Positions 28,719 through 40,797 of a stretch of DNA of 64,000 nucleotides are shown here, piece by piece. Within the stretch, counting starts at the first letter, position 1, and the number at the start of each line of letters is the position of its first letter. Both the position numbers and the translations under genes were made by a program. The notes under the pieces were generated by a model, which made no database searches, had not been told where the DNA came from, and was given only the letters and a program-made list of their open reading frames with translations. Source of the DNA: an uncultured Robinsoniella sp. (GTDB taxonomy: Bacteria > Bacillota > Clostridia > Lachnospirales > Lachnospiraceae); the NCBI RefSeq assembly GCF_900540475.1, contig NZ_UQGG01000003.1; one strand, given 5' to 3'.

Positions 28719-30254
28719 TTGTTTAGTACAGTTATGTCTGCAGTTATTTACGGTGTAGAAAGCAGGCTGGTGCGGGTGGAGGCAGATGTCAGCGACGGAC
28801 TGCCTATGTTTACCATGGTAGGATATCTGTCTTCCCAGGTAAAAGAAGCCCAGGAGCGGGTGAGGACTTCCATTCGTAATGCCGGAATCCGTATTCTGCC
28901 AAAAAGGATTACCGTTAACCTTTCCCCGGCTGATTTAAAGAAAAACGGTTCCGGATTTGATTTGCCGGTTGCAATCGCCGTATTAGGCTCATATGGCTTT
29001 ATTCCGCAAAACACCATGACAGATATACTGGTGGCGGGGGAACTCAGCTTAAATGGGGAAATAAATGCCATACCGGGGGTTTTATCTATCGTATCCCTGG
29101 CAAAAAATATGGGATTTTCAAAATGTATCATTCCAAAAAGTAATTTGATGGAAGGTTCTGTCATAAAAGGAATCTGTGTGATCGGAGTGGAAAACCTGGG
29201 ACAGGCCGTAGATTATCTCAATGATTCTGTAAAAATTGAACCGGGAAATGTGGATGTGGATGTCCTGTTTAGAGAAGGGGAGACACAGCAGAGTGAAGAT
29301 TTCAGCGATATTAACGGACAAGGGGCGGTGAAGCGGGCGGCGGAGGTAGCAGCTGCGGGAATGCACAATCTTCTTTTAATCGGTCCTCCGGGGTCAGGAA
29401 AATCCATGCTGGCAAGGCGTCTCCCCACCATTTTACCGCCCTTAACCCTGGCGGAAAGTCTGGAAATTTCAAAAGTATACAGTGTTGCGGGTATTCTTCC
29501 GCCGGCATCACCACTTCTTAAATCTCGACCATTCCGGTCACCTCATCACACCATAACCCCAAAAGCCCTGACAGGCGGCGGACAGCATCCAAAGCCGGGT
29601 GAAATCAGCCTGGCACATAATGGAATACTCTTTTTGGATGAACTTGCGGAATTTAAAAAAGAAACCCTGGAGGTTTTGCGTCAGCCAATGGAAGACCACC
29701 AGATATGCATTAACCGAACAGGTGGCAGTTACCGTTTTCCGGCAAAATTTCTGTTTGCGGCAGCCATGAATCCCTGCCGGTGCGGACACTACCCGGACTT
29801 AAATAAATGCAGCTGTACAGAGAGTGAAGTGCGTCAATATCTGGGGAGAATCAGTGCCCCGCTGCTGGATCGGATGGATATCGCCATAGAGGCTCCGGCA
29901 GTTACATACAGGGATCTGGCAGGGAAAAAATCCAGTGAAAGTTCCGAAATGATTCGTAAGAGGGTGAAAGAAGCCCACCGGATTCAGCTTCAACGTTATG
30001 AAGGAACGCCATTTTGTTTTAATGCAGATCTGACGGAAAGAGGGATAAATACTTTTTGCCGGCTGGGGAGAAAGGAAGCATTATTAATGAAACAGGCATT
30101 TGAAAAGTTTAATTTAAGTGCAAGAGCCTATCACCGGATTATCAAGGTAGCCAGAACCATTGCTGATCTGGACGGCTGCTTACAAATCAAAGCGGAGCAT
30201 GTAAGTGAAGCAATCTGCTACCGCAGTATTGATAAAAAATTCTGGGAGGTATGA
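28719..30254 (+). CDS. comM: YifB/ComM family Mg-chelatase-like AAA+ ATPase
   Basis: RITVNLSPADLKK, GPPGSGKS, RPFRSPHH, GEISLAHNGILFLDE and AAMNPC motifs. TTG start after AGGAGG. Confidence 0.92.
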   Translation: MFSTVMSAVIYGVESRLVRVEADVSDGLPMFTMVGYLSSQVKEAQERVRTSIRNAGIRILPKRITVNLSPADLKKNGSGFDLPVAIAVLGSYGFIPQNTMTDILVAGELSLNGEINAIPGVLSIVSLAKNMGFSKCIIPKSNLMEGSVIKGICVIGVENLGQAVDYLNDSVKIEPGNVDVDVLFREGETQQSEDFSDINGQGAVKRAAEVAAAGMHNLLLIGPPGSGKSMLARRLPTILPPLTLAESLEISKVYSVAGILPPASPLLKSRPFRSPHHTITPKALTGGGQHPKPGEISLAHNGILFLDELAEFKKETLEVLRQPMEDHQICINRTGGSYRFPAKFLFAAAMNPCRCGHYPDLNKCSCTESEVRQYLGRISAPLLDRMDIAIEAPAVTYRDLAGKKSSESSEMIRKRVKEAHRIQLQRYEGTPFCFNADLTERGINTFCRLGRKEALLMKQAFEKFNLSARAYHRIIKVARTIADLDGCLQIKAEHVSEAICYRSIDKKFWEV

Positions 30255-30266
30255 AAGGAGCAGGAA

Positions 30267-31343
30267 ATGGAAGAATACTGGTATTGGATATGCAGCATAA
30301 GAGGTTTGTACCGAAATGAAATAAGACGTCTGATCGAATATTTTGGAAATCCCCAATATTTATTTTATGCAAAAGAAAAAGAGATAAACAGTCTTCCGAT
30401 TTTGAACGAGGCAGAAAAAAAAGCGCTGGTGCGAGCTAAAAATAATACAGATATTGACAAAGAATATCATAATAGAAGAAAAAAGGGAATAGACTTTATC
30501 AGCATTGGACATCCGGCGTATCCGTTACGTTTAAAAGCAATACCGGATCCGCCTTTCGGACTTTTTTATAAAGGGAATCTGCCGGGGGAAGAAACCTACG
30601 CGGCGGCAATCATTGGAGCCAGGCGGTGCAGCGGATATGGCAGGCAGATGGCAGAGGAAATCGGGGAAAAACTGGCATTAAGAGGCATACACATCATAAG
30701 CGGCATGGCACTAGGCGTGGACGGCTTTGGACAATGCGCTGCTCTTCGGGCTGGAGGAAACAGCTTTGGGGTACTTGGCAGCGGTGTGGATATCTGTTAT
30801 CCAAAAAGAAACCTAGATCTATATGATGCTCTGGCGGAACAGGGCGGCATTTTGTCAGAATATCCGCCGGGTACCCAGCCCCTTCCCATACATTTTCCAT
30901 TGCGCAACCGGATCATCAGCGGACTTTCAGATGTGGTGATTGTAGTGGAGGCAAAAGAAAAAAGCGGTTCCCTGATTACCGCAGACTGTGCGCTGGAACA
31001 GGGACGTGATGTCTATGTTGTACCCGGCAGGATGAACGATGAATTAAGCATGGGAAGTAATCTTTTGATTGCACAGGGAGCCGGTATCATAACAGGGGTT
31101 GATGCCCTTTTAAGGGAGCTGGGTATCGAGGGGGAAAAAGAAAGGAAAAACAAAAAAAATAAGATAACACTTGAAACAAAAGAAAAATTGGTGTATAGTT
31201 GTCTGGATTTCAACTCTAAAAGCCTGGATCAGATTTTATTCGATGCAAATCTGCCGGTCAAGGAGTTGGCGGGAGTACTTATATCCCTGCAATTAAAGGG
31301 ATTAGTGAAGGAATCGGCAAAGAATTTTTATGAAAAAATATAG
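30267..31343 (+). CDS. dprA: DNA-processing protein DprA
   Basis: YPLRLKAIPDPP, ISGMALGVD, FPLRNRIISGLS and SGSLITA motifs. Confidence 0.95.
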   Translation: MEEYWYWICSIRGLYRNEIRRLIEYFGNPQYLFYAKEKEINSLPILNEAEKKALVRAKNNTDIDKEYHNRRKKGIDFISIGHPAYPLRLKAIPDPPFGLFYKGNLPGEETYAAAIIGARRCSGYGRQMAEEIGEKLALRGIHIISGMALGVDGFGQCAALRAGGNSFGVLGSGVDICYPKRNLDLYDALAEQGGILSEYPPGTQPLPIHFPLRNRIISGLSDVVIVVEAKEKSGSLITADCALEQGRDVYVVPGRMNDELSMGSNLLIAQGAGIITGVDALLRELGIEGEKERKNKKNKITLETKEKLVYSCLDFNSKSLDQILFDANLPVKELAGVLISLQLKGLVKESAKNFYEKI

Positions 31344-31367
31344 AGGTTTTATCTCGTGGAGGAATAT

Positions 31368-33455
31368 ATGGCGAAATATCTGGTGATTGTAGAATCTCCT
31401 ACTAAAGTAAAGACAATTAAAAAATTCCTGGGGGCAAATTATGAAGTGGCGGCATCTAACGGACATGTCCGTGATCTGCCAAAAAGCCAGCTGGGTATCG
31501 ATGTAGAACATGCTTATGAGCCAAAATACATCACAATTCGTGGTAAAGGAGATATCCTGGCAGGACTTCGAAAAGCTGCCAAAAAAGCGGATAAAGTGTA
31601 TCTCGCAACTGACCCTGACCGCGAAGGAGAAGCAATATCCTGGCATCTGTCAAAAGCGTTAAAGCTGGAAGAAGATAAGATGTACCGGATTACATTTAAC
31701 GAAATAACGAAAAATGCTGTTAAGACATCTCTTAAGAGCGCAAGAGATATTGATATGGATCTGGTAGATGCACAGCAGGCCAGAAGAATGCTGGACCGTA
31801 TGGTTGGTTACCGTATCAGCCCGCTGCTGTGGGCAAAAGTGAAACGTGGATTAAGCGCCGGGAGGGTGCAGTCGGTTGCACTTCGCATTATTGGCGACCG
31901 TGAAGATGAAATCAATGCTTTTATTCCGGAAGAATACTGGACACTGGAAGCAGATTTTGCAGTAAAAGGTGAGAAAAAGCCTCTTCGGGCAAAATTCTAT
32001 GGCACAGACAAGAAAAAAATGCAGATCACATCCAAAGAAGATATGGACAAAATCCTGGCTGATCTGGAAAATGTGAGCTATGAAGTGGCGGATATCAAAA
32101 AAGGTGAGCGTATCAAAAAAGCTCCGCTGCCATTTACCACCAGTACCCTGCAGCAGGAAGCTTCCAAGGTGCTGAACTTTTCAACACAGAAAACAATGCG
32201 TCTGGCACAGCAGCTCTATGAAGGAATTGAAATTCAGGGAAATGGAACCGTTGGTCTGATCACCTATCTGCGTACCGATTCCACACGTATTTCAGAAGAA
32301 GCAGATGCACAGGCCAGAAATTTTATAGAGCAGGATTATGGAAAAGAATACGTTTCTTCCATAGTAGAGGAAAAGAAGAAAAACGGCAAGAAGATACAGG
32401 ATGCCCATGAAGCAATCCGTCCCAGTGATATCAGCAGGACGCCGATATCCATGAAAGAGTCCCTGTCAAGAGACCAGTACCGTCTTTATCAGCTGATCTG
32501 GAAACGTTTTGCAGCGAGCCGGATGGAGAATGCCCGCTATGAAACCACATCTGTGAAGATAGCGGCAGGAGATTATCGTTTTACCGTAGCGGCATCTAAG
32601 CTGCTGTTTGACGGTTTCTTAACCGTCTATACAGACAGTGACGAAGAAGAGACAGGCGGAAATGTACTCTTAAAGGGAATTTCCAAAGACACAGAATTAT
32701 CTTTAAAAGAATTTGATTATAAACAGCATTTTACACAGCCTCCGGCGCATTATACAGAGGCAACCCTTGTAAAATCCCTGGAAGAGCTTGGAATTGGACG
32801 TCCAAGTACCTATGCACCTACCATCACTACTATATTGGGACGTCGTTATATAGCAAAGGAAAATAAGAACCTGTATATGACGGAGCTTGGTGAAGTCGTG
32901 AACAATATGATGAAGCAGGCATTTCCAAGTATTGTAGATGTGAACTTTACTGCGAATCTGGAATCCCTTTTGGATAAAGTGGAGGAAGGGGTAGTCAACT
33001 GGAAAACGGTAGTCAGCAATTTTTATCCCGATCTGGAGATGGCTGTGGAAGCCGCAGAGAAGGAATTAGAGCAGGTTAAGATCGAAGATGAAGTAACCGA
33101 TGTTATTTGTGAAGAATGCGGGCGCAACATGGTTATCAAATATGGTCCCCACGGAAGATTTCTGGCTTGTCCGGGCTTCCCTGATTGTAGAAACACCAAA
33201 CCTTATCTGGAGAAAATCGGTGTCGCATGTCCGAAATGCGGCAAAGAAGTAGTGCTTCGTAAAACGAAGAAGGGCAGGAAATACTATGGATGTGAAGCTA
33301 ATCCGGAATGTGATTTCATGTCCTGGCAGAAGCCTTCCAAAGAAAAATGTCCGAATTGCGGCGGTGTAATGCTGGAAAAAGGAAATAAACTGGTCTGCGC
33401 AGATGAACAGTGCGGATATGTTCAGGATAAATCGAAACAAAATGAAGAAAAATAA
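31368..33455 (+). CDS. topA: DNA topoisomerase I
   Basis: LVIVESPTK, ATDPDREGE, SAGRVQS, ITYLRTDS and C-terminal zinc ribbons. Confidence 0.97.
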   Translation: MAKYLVIVESPTKVKTIKKFLGANYEVAASNGHVRDLPKSQLGIDVEHAYEPKYITIRGKGDILAGLRKAAKKADKVYLATDPDREGEAISWHLSKALKLEEDKMYRITFNEITKNAVKTSLKSARDIDMDLVDAQQARRMLDRMVGYRISPLLWAKVKRGLSAGRVQSVALRIIGDREDEINAFIPEEYWTLEADFAVKGEKKPLRAKFYGTDKKKMQITSKEDMDKILADLENVSYEVADIKKGERIKKAPLPFTTSTLQQEASKVLNFSTQKTMRLAQQLYEGIEIQGNGTVGLITYLRTDSTRISEEADAQARNFIEQDYGKEYVSSIVEEKKKNGKKIQDAHEAIRPSDISRTPISMKESLSRDQYRLYQLIWKRFAASRMENARYETTSVKIAAGDYRFTVAASKLLFDGFLTVYTDSDEEETGGNVLLKGISKDTELSLKEFDYKQHFTQPPAHYTEATLVKSLEELGIGRPSTYAPTITTILGRRYIAKENKNLYMTELGEVVNNMMKQAFPSIVDVNFTANLESLLDKVEEGVVNWKTVVSNFYPDLEMAVEAAEKELEQVKIEDEVTDVICEECGRNMVIKYGPHGRFLACPGFPDCRNTKPYLEKIGVACPKCGKEVVLRKTKKGRKYYGCEANPECDFMSWQKPSKEKCPNCGGVMLEKGNKLVCADEQCGYVQDKSKQNEEK

Positions 33456-33492
33456 AAAGAGGATGCTCTTGAAAACAGAGCATTCTTTTTTA
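33454..33492 (+). terminator. Terminator after topA
   Basis: AAAAAGAGGATGCTC / GAGCATTCTTTTT stem with T-tail. Confidence 0.7.
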
Positions 33493-33548
33493 TCGTCTGA
33501 ATTATTTGCAGTTGTTGCGAAAAATAATTGATTATCGTAAAAAAGCGA

Positions 33549-33577
33549 TTGATTTTCAGAAAATTATATGATAAAAT
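33549..33577 (+). promoter_or_regulatory. codY promoter with overlapping CodY box
   Basis: TTGATT-17 bp-(TG-A-)TAAAAT. GATTTTCAGAAAATT at 33551-33565 matches AATTTTCWGAAAATT at 14/15 positions. Confidence 0.75.
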
Positions 33578-33634
33578 ATGTATTATCGTGAAACAGTATG
33601 TAGAATAGAAACAATGGAAGATAGGAGGCTAAAT

Positions 33635-34417
33635 ATGAGTGTACAATTGTTAGATAAAACAAGGAAAATCAACAAGCTATTGCATAACAATAATTCCAGT
33701 AAGGTCGTTTTTAATGATATATGTACGGTGCTGACAGAGATATTGGAATCCAATATTCTGGTTATCAGCAAAAAAGGAAAAGTTCTGGGTGTCAGTCTTT
33801 GTGATGGTGTTGAAGAAATCAGGGAATTGATTGTGGATAAAGTAGGCGGGCATATTGACAACATGCTAAACGAAAGATTACTCGGAATATTATCTACAAA
33901 AGAAAATGTAAATCTGGAAACCCTGGGCTTTGTTGGTGAGGATATCAAAAACTACCGTGCGATCATTAATCCTATTGATATTGCAGGTGAACGCCTGGGA
34001 ACTGTTTTTATGTACAAGTTTGATACCCAGTATGAGATTGATGACATTATTCTGAGCGAATACGGTACAACCGTTGTAGGATTGGAAATGATGCGTTCCG
34101 TAAATGAAGAGAGTGCAGAAGAAAGCAGAAAGATACAAATTGTAAAATCTGCAATCAGCACCTTATCCTTCTCCGAACTGGAGGCAATTACCCACATATT
34201 TGAAGAACTGGACGGAACAGAAGGAATCCTGGTAGCAAGCAAGATTGCTGACCGTGTAGGAATTACCAGATCTGTTATCGTAAATGCACTGCGTAAGTTT
34301 GAGAGCGCGGGTGTAATCGAATCCAGATCTTCCGGTATGAAAGGAACTTATATTAAAGTAATCAATGATTATATTTTTGAAGAACTGGAAGAATTAAGAG
34401 CACAGAGAACGAAATAG
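33635..34417 (+). CDS. codY: Pleiotropic transcriptional repressor CodY
   Basis: LLDKTRKINKLL and ASKIADRVGITRSVIVNALRKFESAGVIESRS motifs. RBS AGGAGG. Confidence 0.97.
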   Translation: MSVQLLDKTRKINKLLHNNNSSKVVFNDICTVLTEILESNILVISKKGKVLGVSLCDGVEEIRELIVDKVGGHIDNMLNERLLGILSTKENVNLETLGFVGEDIKNYRAIINPIDIAGERLGTVFMYKFDTQYEIDDIILSEYGTTVVGLEMMRSVNEESAEESRKIQIVKSAISTLSFSELEAITHIFEELDGTEGILVASKIADRVGITRSVIVNALRKFESAGVIESRSSGMKGTYIKVINDYIFEELEELRAQRTK

Positions 34418-34483
34418 TTACAGATTCATTTAAATACAATTGCAGATGCAATTATGCATACAAGCGCAGATAAAGTTATGAAT

Positions 34484-34545
34484 ACCCGGTACATTTACTT
34501 GTTCCAATTATAAGATTGGAACAGGGGACGTGTACCGGGTTTTTA
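34484..34545 (+). terminator. Long hairpin terminator after codY
   Basis: ACCCGGTACA/TGTACCGGGT outer stem, TGTTCCAAT/ATTGGAACA inner stem and T-tail. Confidence 0.7.
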
Positions 34546-34667
34546 TGTATTTCCAATAGATTTAGAAACTCAGCAAATAAAGTAACAATAATTGTATTTT
34601 CGAATATAATGTTTTATACCTAATTTGGTATAAAAACTTGAGTTGAATAGATCATGGAGGTCTTGAT

Positions 34668-35249
34668 ATGAGTGAAATAAAAGAATTGATTTGTGATTGT
34701 GATTGTGATCGTCATTGTGATCGTCATTGTGATTGTCATTGCGATAAATCTTGTGACTGTGAATGTAAATTATTCTGCAAATGTGAAAAACGCAAAAACT
34801 TGAGACCAAACAGAACGACATTAAAATGCGGTACTCCGGGTGCAGTTACGCTTCCGCTTGCAACGCTTGCAGGTACAGCTTATACAGTAGCCACAGTTAA
34901 CGTAGATACGAGAGGATTCGAGAATCCTTGCATTAAATTTGAATTTGCCAGCAATATTAATACAACTGCAGCAGTTGTAGCATTGAATTTCCAGGTATTC
35001 AAACAGTGCAAAGGCCAGCTTACACCAATTCCTGTAGGACCTACCTGGGTGTTCTCACGCCTTGTAGCAATTACAGAAAGCAACACATTCACATTCTTTG
35101 TTTGTGACTGTGATATTTGTGATGAAGAATGCTGCACTTACAGTGTAGTAGCTACTGTTGCAGGTGTTGCAACTGTTGGCGTAACTGCAATTAATAATGC
35201 AACTTTATCAGCAATCGTTGTTGATAATACTTCTTCTTGCGGATGTTAA
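34668..35249 (+). CDS. Cys-rich DUF4489-like protein (candidate spore surface protein)
   Basis: N-terminal CDCDCDRHCDRH repeats, then LKCG, IKFEFASNI, LNFQVFKQC and FFVCDCD..CCTYSV. Confidence 0.75.
   Translation: MSEIKELICDCDCDRHCDRHCDCHCDKSCDCECKLFCKCEKRKNLRPNRTTLKCGTPGAVTLPLATLAGTAYTVATVNVDTRGFENPCIKFEFASNINTTAAVVALNFQVFKQCKGQLTPIPVGPTWVFSRLVAITESNTFTFFVCDCDICDEECCTYSVVATVAGVATVGVTAINNATLSAIVVDNTSSCGC
34692..34745 (+). repeat. Coding tandem repeat (TGTGAT and TGTGATCGTCAT units encoding CD/CDRH)
   Basis: Directly visible 6- and 12-bp units. Confidence 0.85.
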
Positions 35250-35398
35250 TGAACAGTTAAATGAAGATGCAGGAGGGTGCAGGCTTGCAGTTGTAAACCT
35301 GCCAAACCATCCTAAGGTAAGATAGCATAAATTTTTGCATAGATAGGGTATTACTGTAATATTCTATCTATGCATATTTTAGTAAGGAGCTGCTGTGT

Positions 35399-36277
35399 AT
35401 GTATAATGGATTGTTTTACTCTCAGAGACGGAACGGTCAGCCTAACAGAGGGATGAGAACAAATGCCAATGCAGGTACACGGCAACAACCGGGCTGTAAT
35501 AACCGATCATTTGTTCCGAATAACTTTCAAGAAAATAAATTTTCCAACCAAACAACAAATCAATCATCATGTAAATCAACAAATCAGTCAACCTGCGGAT
35601 CAACAAATCAATCTTCCTGCAGACCGACAAATCAAGCATCCTGCGGATCAACAAATCAAGCATCCTGCAGACCGACAAATCAGTCATCCTGTCAATTATC
35701 AAATCATTCTTCCGGTCATAGCGAAAATCATAAAGAGGAATGCTGCGGGAAATTGGTAAAAGAAATACGAATAGAAAAATGCCAGGATCAACCGTCGTGT
35801 ATTTCGGATGAAGTATTTCTGAAAGCGTCCGCTTTTGGAGGAGTCATCATAGAGGATGGAACAGAAAAAGGAACTACATACAATGTAGTCTCTGTTAATC
35901 TGGATACAGCAGCATGCCGGCATTTTCATACAGAACTGAGTTTTTCCTGCAATATCATATGCATAGATGCAAGCGCACGACTCAAGTTTCAGATATTGAA
36001 ACAGGAAAAAAATCAGATGATGCCGCTGCCATTAAGCTCGGGAAATTCTTATTCCAGAAATCAAAAGGTAACGGAAAGCAATGTGGTTACATTTTCTGCT
36101 CTGGATTGTGATTCTCATGGTATGCAGTGGTGTAATTACAGTGTGTTTATAGAAATTATGGGTCAGCAGACAGCAGGGACGGTTATCATTACCAACCCCG
36201 TTCTGATTGCAGTTGTAGTTGAAAAAAATCAAGGAAATATGTTAAAAGGGGATATACATGACCAGACAGACAAATAG
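35399..36277 (+). CDS. Second DUF4489-like protein with N-terminal 8-aa repeats
   Basis: The C-terminal half aligns by eye with 34668..35249 (VVSVNLDT, FQILKQ, ESNVVTF, DCD, CNYSV). Confidence 0.7.
   Translation: MYNGLFYSQRRNGQPNRGMRTNANAGTRQQPGCNNRSFVPNNFQENKFSNQTTNQSSCKSTNQSTCGSTNQSSCRPTNQASCGSTNQASCRPTNQSSCQLSNHSSGHSENHKEECCGKLVKEIRIEKCQDQPSCISDEVFLKASAFGGVIIEDGTEKGTTYNVVSVNLDTAACRHFHTELSFSCNIICIDASARLKFQILKQEKNQMMPLPLSSGNSYSRNQKVTESNVVTFSALDCDSHGMQWCNYSVFIEIMGQQTAGTVIITNPVLIAVVVEKNQGNMLKGDIHDQTDK
35553..35696 (+). repeat. Six 24-bp coding tandem repeats encoding TNQ(S/A)(S/T)Cxx
   Basis: Units C(A/G)ACAAATCA...TG... start at 35553, 35577, 35601, 35625, 35649 and 35673. Confidence 0.9.
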
Positions 36278-37007
36278 TATAGTTATAAATTCTACGATAG
36301 ATATTGATGGAGGTACTATGAAATGGGATAACCATATGGTCCGGTTATCGTATACAGAACATTTATGGAAAGGAAAACTGTCAGAAGAAAAGTTTCCGGT
36401 TCTTTATGTGTTATTGGGCATTTTTATTTCAATGGCAAGTTACCGTCTGCTCTGCATGGCACTGATGCTTGCTGCAATCGTTATAGGCGGAGCGGTATGG
36501 TCGGTCTGGTGCCATAACATTAAAAACCGTAAAGGCGTTCATTTAGGGTTGATAAGCGGAGAAATATATAGTTTTTATGCGGAAAACAGCGTATTTAACA
36601 GTAAGATATATGAGTTATTCTCACGTTTGATTGCAGAAAATGATGATACAACGATCTATCATATCAATTTATCAGGCGAAGGTTCTATTACAGAAGAGCT
36701 GAAGGCGAAGGAAGAGGTGGAGGCAGAAGAAATAGCAGTGCCGATTCCGAAAAAAAGAATACCCCAGGAAAATAAAGGGCCGTTGGTAACGGATCTCAAT
36801 GAGCTTCTTGCCAACTGTGAACACAAAGGTGTGCTGAATCAGGAAAATTTAAAATTGATCGAAAGTACGATTGGAGTTGCTGAGATAAATGACAGAGAAA
36901 AAATGAAAGTATTTTTTGAACAGTTTATCATTTCCGGTCTGATTAATGACTGCAATGAACTGGGACTGAATACGTTGATTAATGAAATTAAAAGCAGCGT
37001 ATATTAA
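36258..37007 (+). CDS. Hypothetical membrane protein (2 TM)
   Basis: 249 aa, overlapping the upstream gene, with RBS AGGGG and two hydrophobic segments. Confidence 0.7.
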   Translation: MTRQTNSIVINSTIDIDGGTMKWDNHMVRLSYTEHLWKGKLSEEKFPVLYVLLGIFISMASYRLLCMALMLAAIVIGGAVWSVWCHNIKNRKGVHLGLISGEIYSFYAENSVFNSKIYELFSRLIAENDDTTIYHINLSGEGSITEELKAKEEVEAEEIAVPIPKKRIPQENKGPLVTDLNELLANCEHKGVLNQENLKLIESTIGVAEINDREKMKVFFEQFIISGLINDCNELGLNTLINEIKSSVY

Positions 37008-37329
37008 TATGGGGTATATTTATGGTACCAGTTAGAGGTGTGGCATGTATGCGTAATGTCACGCCTCATCTTGCTGCCGGGAGCAAGGGCACGAACATGG
37101 CACTGGAGCGATCTTCTGGCTTTTGTGCGCGGGGAGTTGCAGAAATTTGCCGGATTCAGCTTGGAGAAATTAAGGAATCATATATTTTATAAAAAAAATA
37201 TAAAAACATAAAAAGTAAGAAAATAAGAGATATAATGAGAATAACAGAGTATAAATAAGATTGAAACTATATGAAGCCAAATCTGGAAGTTGCACAAATG
37301 GAGTAATTTAACTAATATATCACTAACGG

Positions 37330-39332
<2,003 letters not shown>

Positions 39333-39377
39333 TATTTGGTAACTTTAGTTTAATATTATTTAGAGAAATTTTACAAA

Positions 39378-39415
39378 AAGTGAGGACGAACGAGATAGAC
39401 GTTCGTCCTTATTTA
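39378..39415 (+). terminator. Terminator after groEL
   Basis: AGGACGAACG/CGTTCGTCCT stem with T-rich tail. Confidence 0.75.
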
Positions 39416-39462
39416 TGTTAAACTAGTTGGTAAACAAACGAAAAAAGGAGCAAAATCAGAAG

Positions 39463-40140
39463 ATGTCATTTAAGGAGAAGGCAACAGAAGAAAAAGCGAA
39501 GTTAAAAGACTTGACATTTAAGGGGAAATTGCAGTATTTCTGGGATTATTACAAGTTCGTACTGGTTATTCTGGCAATCATTGTTGTTATCGTCTGGCTC
39601 GCCGTGGATATTTACAAAGGGAAACAGATCAAGACCGGCTTGTATGTTATGGCACTGAATACCAACATGATGGATACCGAAGGCTCCCCTCTTACGGATG
39701 GTTTTATAAAGGCTGCAGGCTTTGAGGAAACCGGTGAGCAGGTTACTTTTGACTCATCTGCAATGATTAATCTGGATCAGCAGGACCAGATGACCGTCAG
39801 CAGTATTACGAAAGTCATGGCTGTTATGACCACGGGAGATCTGGATCTTATGATTGTACCGGAAGATTTATTTGAATATTATGCCAGTGCGGGAGCATTC
39901 CAGGACTGGAAAGGAATTCTTTCGGATGCTGATTATGAAAAGTATAAGGATTATTTAATGACCGGAACAGATAAGGATACCGGTACGGAATATACGTGTG
40001 GACTCCGTATTGAGGACAGTAAGCTCATTAAAGATTCTGAAATGGCAAGTTACAGTCCAATTATTCTCTGTCCGGTAGCGAATTCAGAACGAACTGCAAC
40101 ATCTGCAAAATATGTGGATTATCTTTTTGGATCAAATTAA
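39463..40140 (+). CDS. Hypothetical membrane-anchored protein
   Basis: YFWDYYK followed by one TM segment and a soluble domain. The start could be 39427. Confidence 0.7.
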   Translation: MSFKEKATEEKAKLKDLTFKGKLQYFWDYYKFVLVILAIIVVIVWLAVDIYKGKQIKTGLYVMALNTNMMDTEGSPLTDGFIKAAGFEETGEQVTFDSSAMINLDQQDQMTVSSITKVMAVMTTGDLDLMIVPEDLFEYYASAGAFQDWKGILSDADYEKYKDYLMTGTDKDTGTEYTCGLRIEDSKLIKDSEMASYSPIILCPVANSERTATSAKYVDYLFGSN

Positions 40141-40225
40141 GGAAAAAGGGAAGAAATACTTTATTATTTCAGTAAATGGCATTATAATAAAAGAATACAA
40201 GTATTGCTAATTTAGGAGGAAGAAC

Positions 40226-40729
40226 ATGAGTGATTTGTACACAGAATTAATAGTTAAGAGGAAGACACCGGCATCGGACCAGGTAAAGAAAGTGCTTTTA
40301 ATTGTTGCTACCGTTTTGATAGCATTTGTAGGGCTGTTTGTTACTCCCTTCGGATTAATTGCTTTGATTGCCATCGGTGTTGCAGATTATTTCCTGATTC
40401 CAAGATTCGACCTGGAATTTGAGTACCTGTATGTAAATGGGGAACTGGATGTGGACAAGATTATGTCTAAGACAAAAAGAAAAAGAGCCCGCAGCCTGGA
40501 TCTGGAAAAAATGATACTTATGGCACCTGTAAATTCACATGAGCTGGATTATTACAATCAGAATAACAGCATTAAAGTAGTTGATTTTTCTTCCGGTGAG
40601 CCGGATCATAAGATTTTCGCATTGATTATGCAGTCTGATAAAGGAATGGAGAAAATTCTTATTGAACCAAATGAAGTGATGTTAAATGATATCAGAAGAA
40701 TTGCACCAAGCAAAGTAAAGTTCATGTAG
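40226..40729 (+). CDS. DUF6106-like membrane protein
   Basis: Two TM segments then EFEYLYVNGELDVDKI. RBS AGGAGG. Confidence 0.7.
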   Translation: MSDLYTELIVKRKTPASDQVKKVLLIVATVLIAFVGLFVTPFGLIALIAIGVADYFLIPRFDLEFEYLYVNGELDVDKIMSKTKRKRARSLDLEKMILMAPVNSHELDYYNQNNSIKVVDFSSGEPDHKIFALIMQSDKGMEKILIEPNEVMLNDIRRIAPSKVKFM

Positions 40730-40757
40730 AGTTGGAATGTGCCCTGATCAGGCAGAT

Positions 40758-40797
40758 AAAAGTAGCGCCGCACTGTTAAAGTGGAAGCGCTATTTTT
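40758..40797 (+). terminator. Terminator
   Basis: AAAAGTAGCGC / GCGCTATTTTT. Confidence 0.6.

Noticed and set aside
35553..35696. 24-bp periodic repeat as a CRISPR array
   Set aside because: Units are contiguous with no unique spacers, are in frame inside a CDS, and no cas genes are present.
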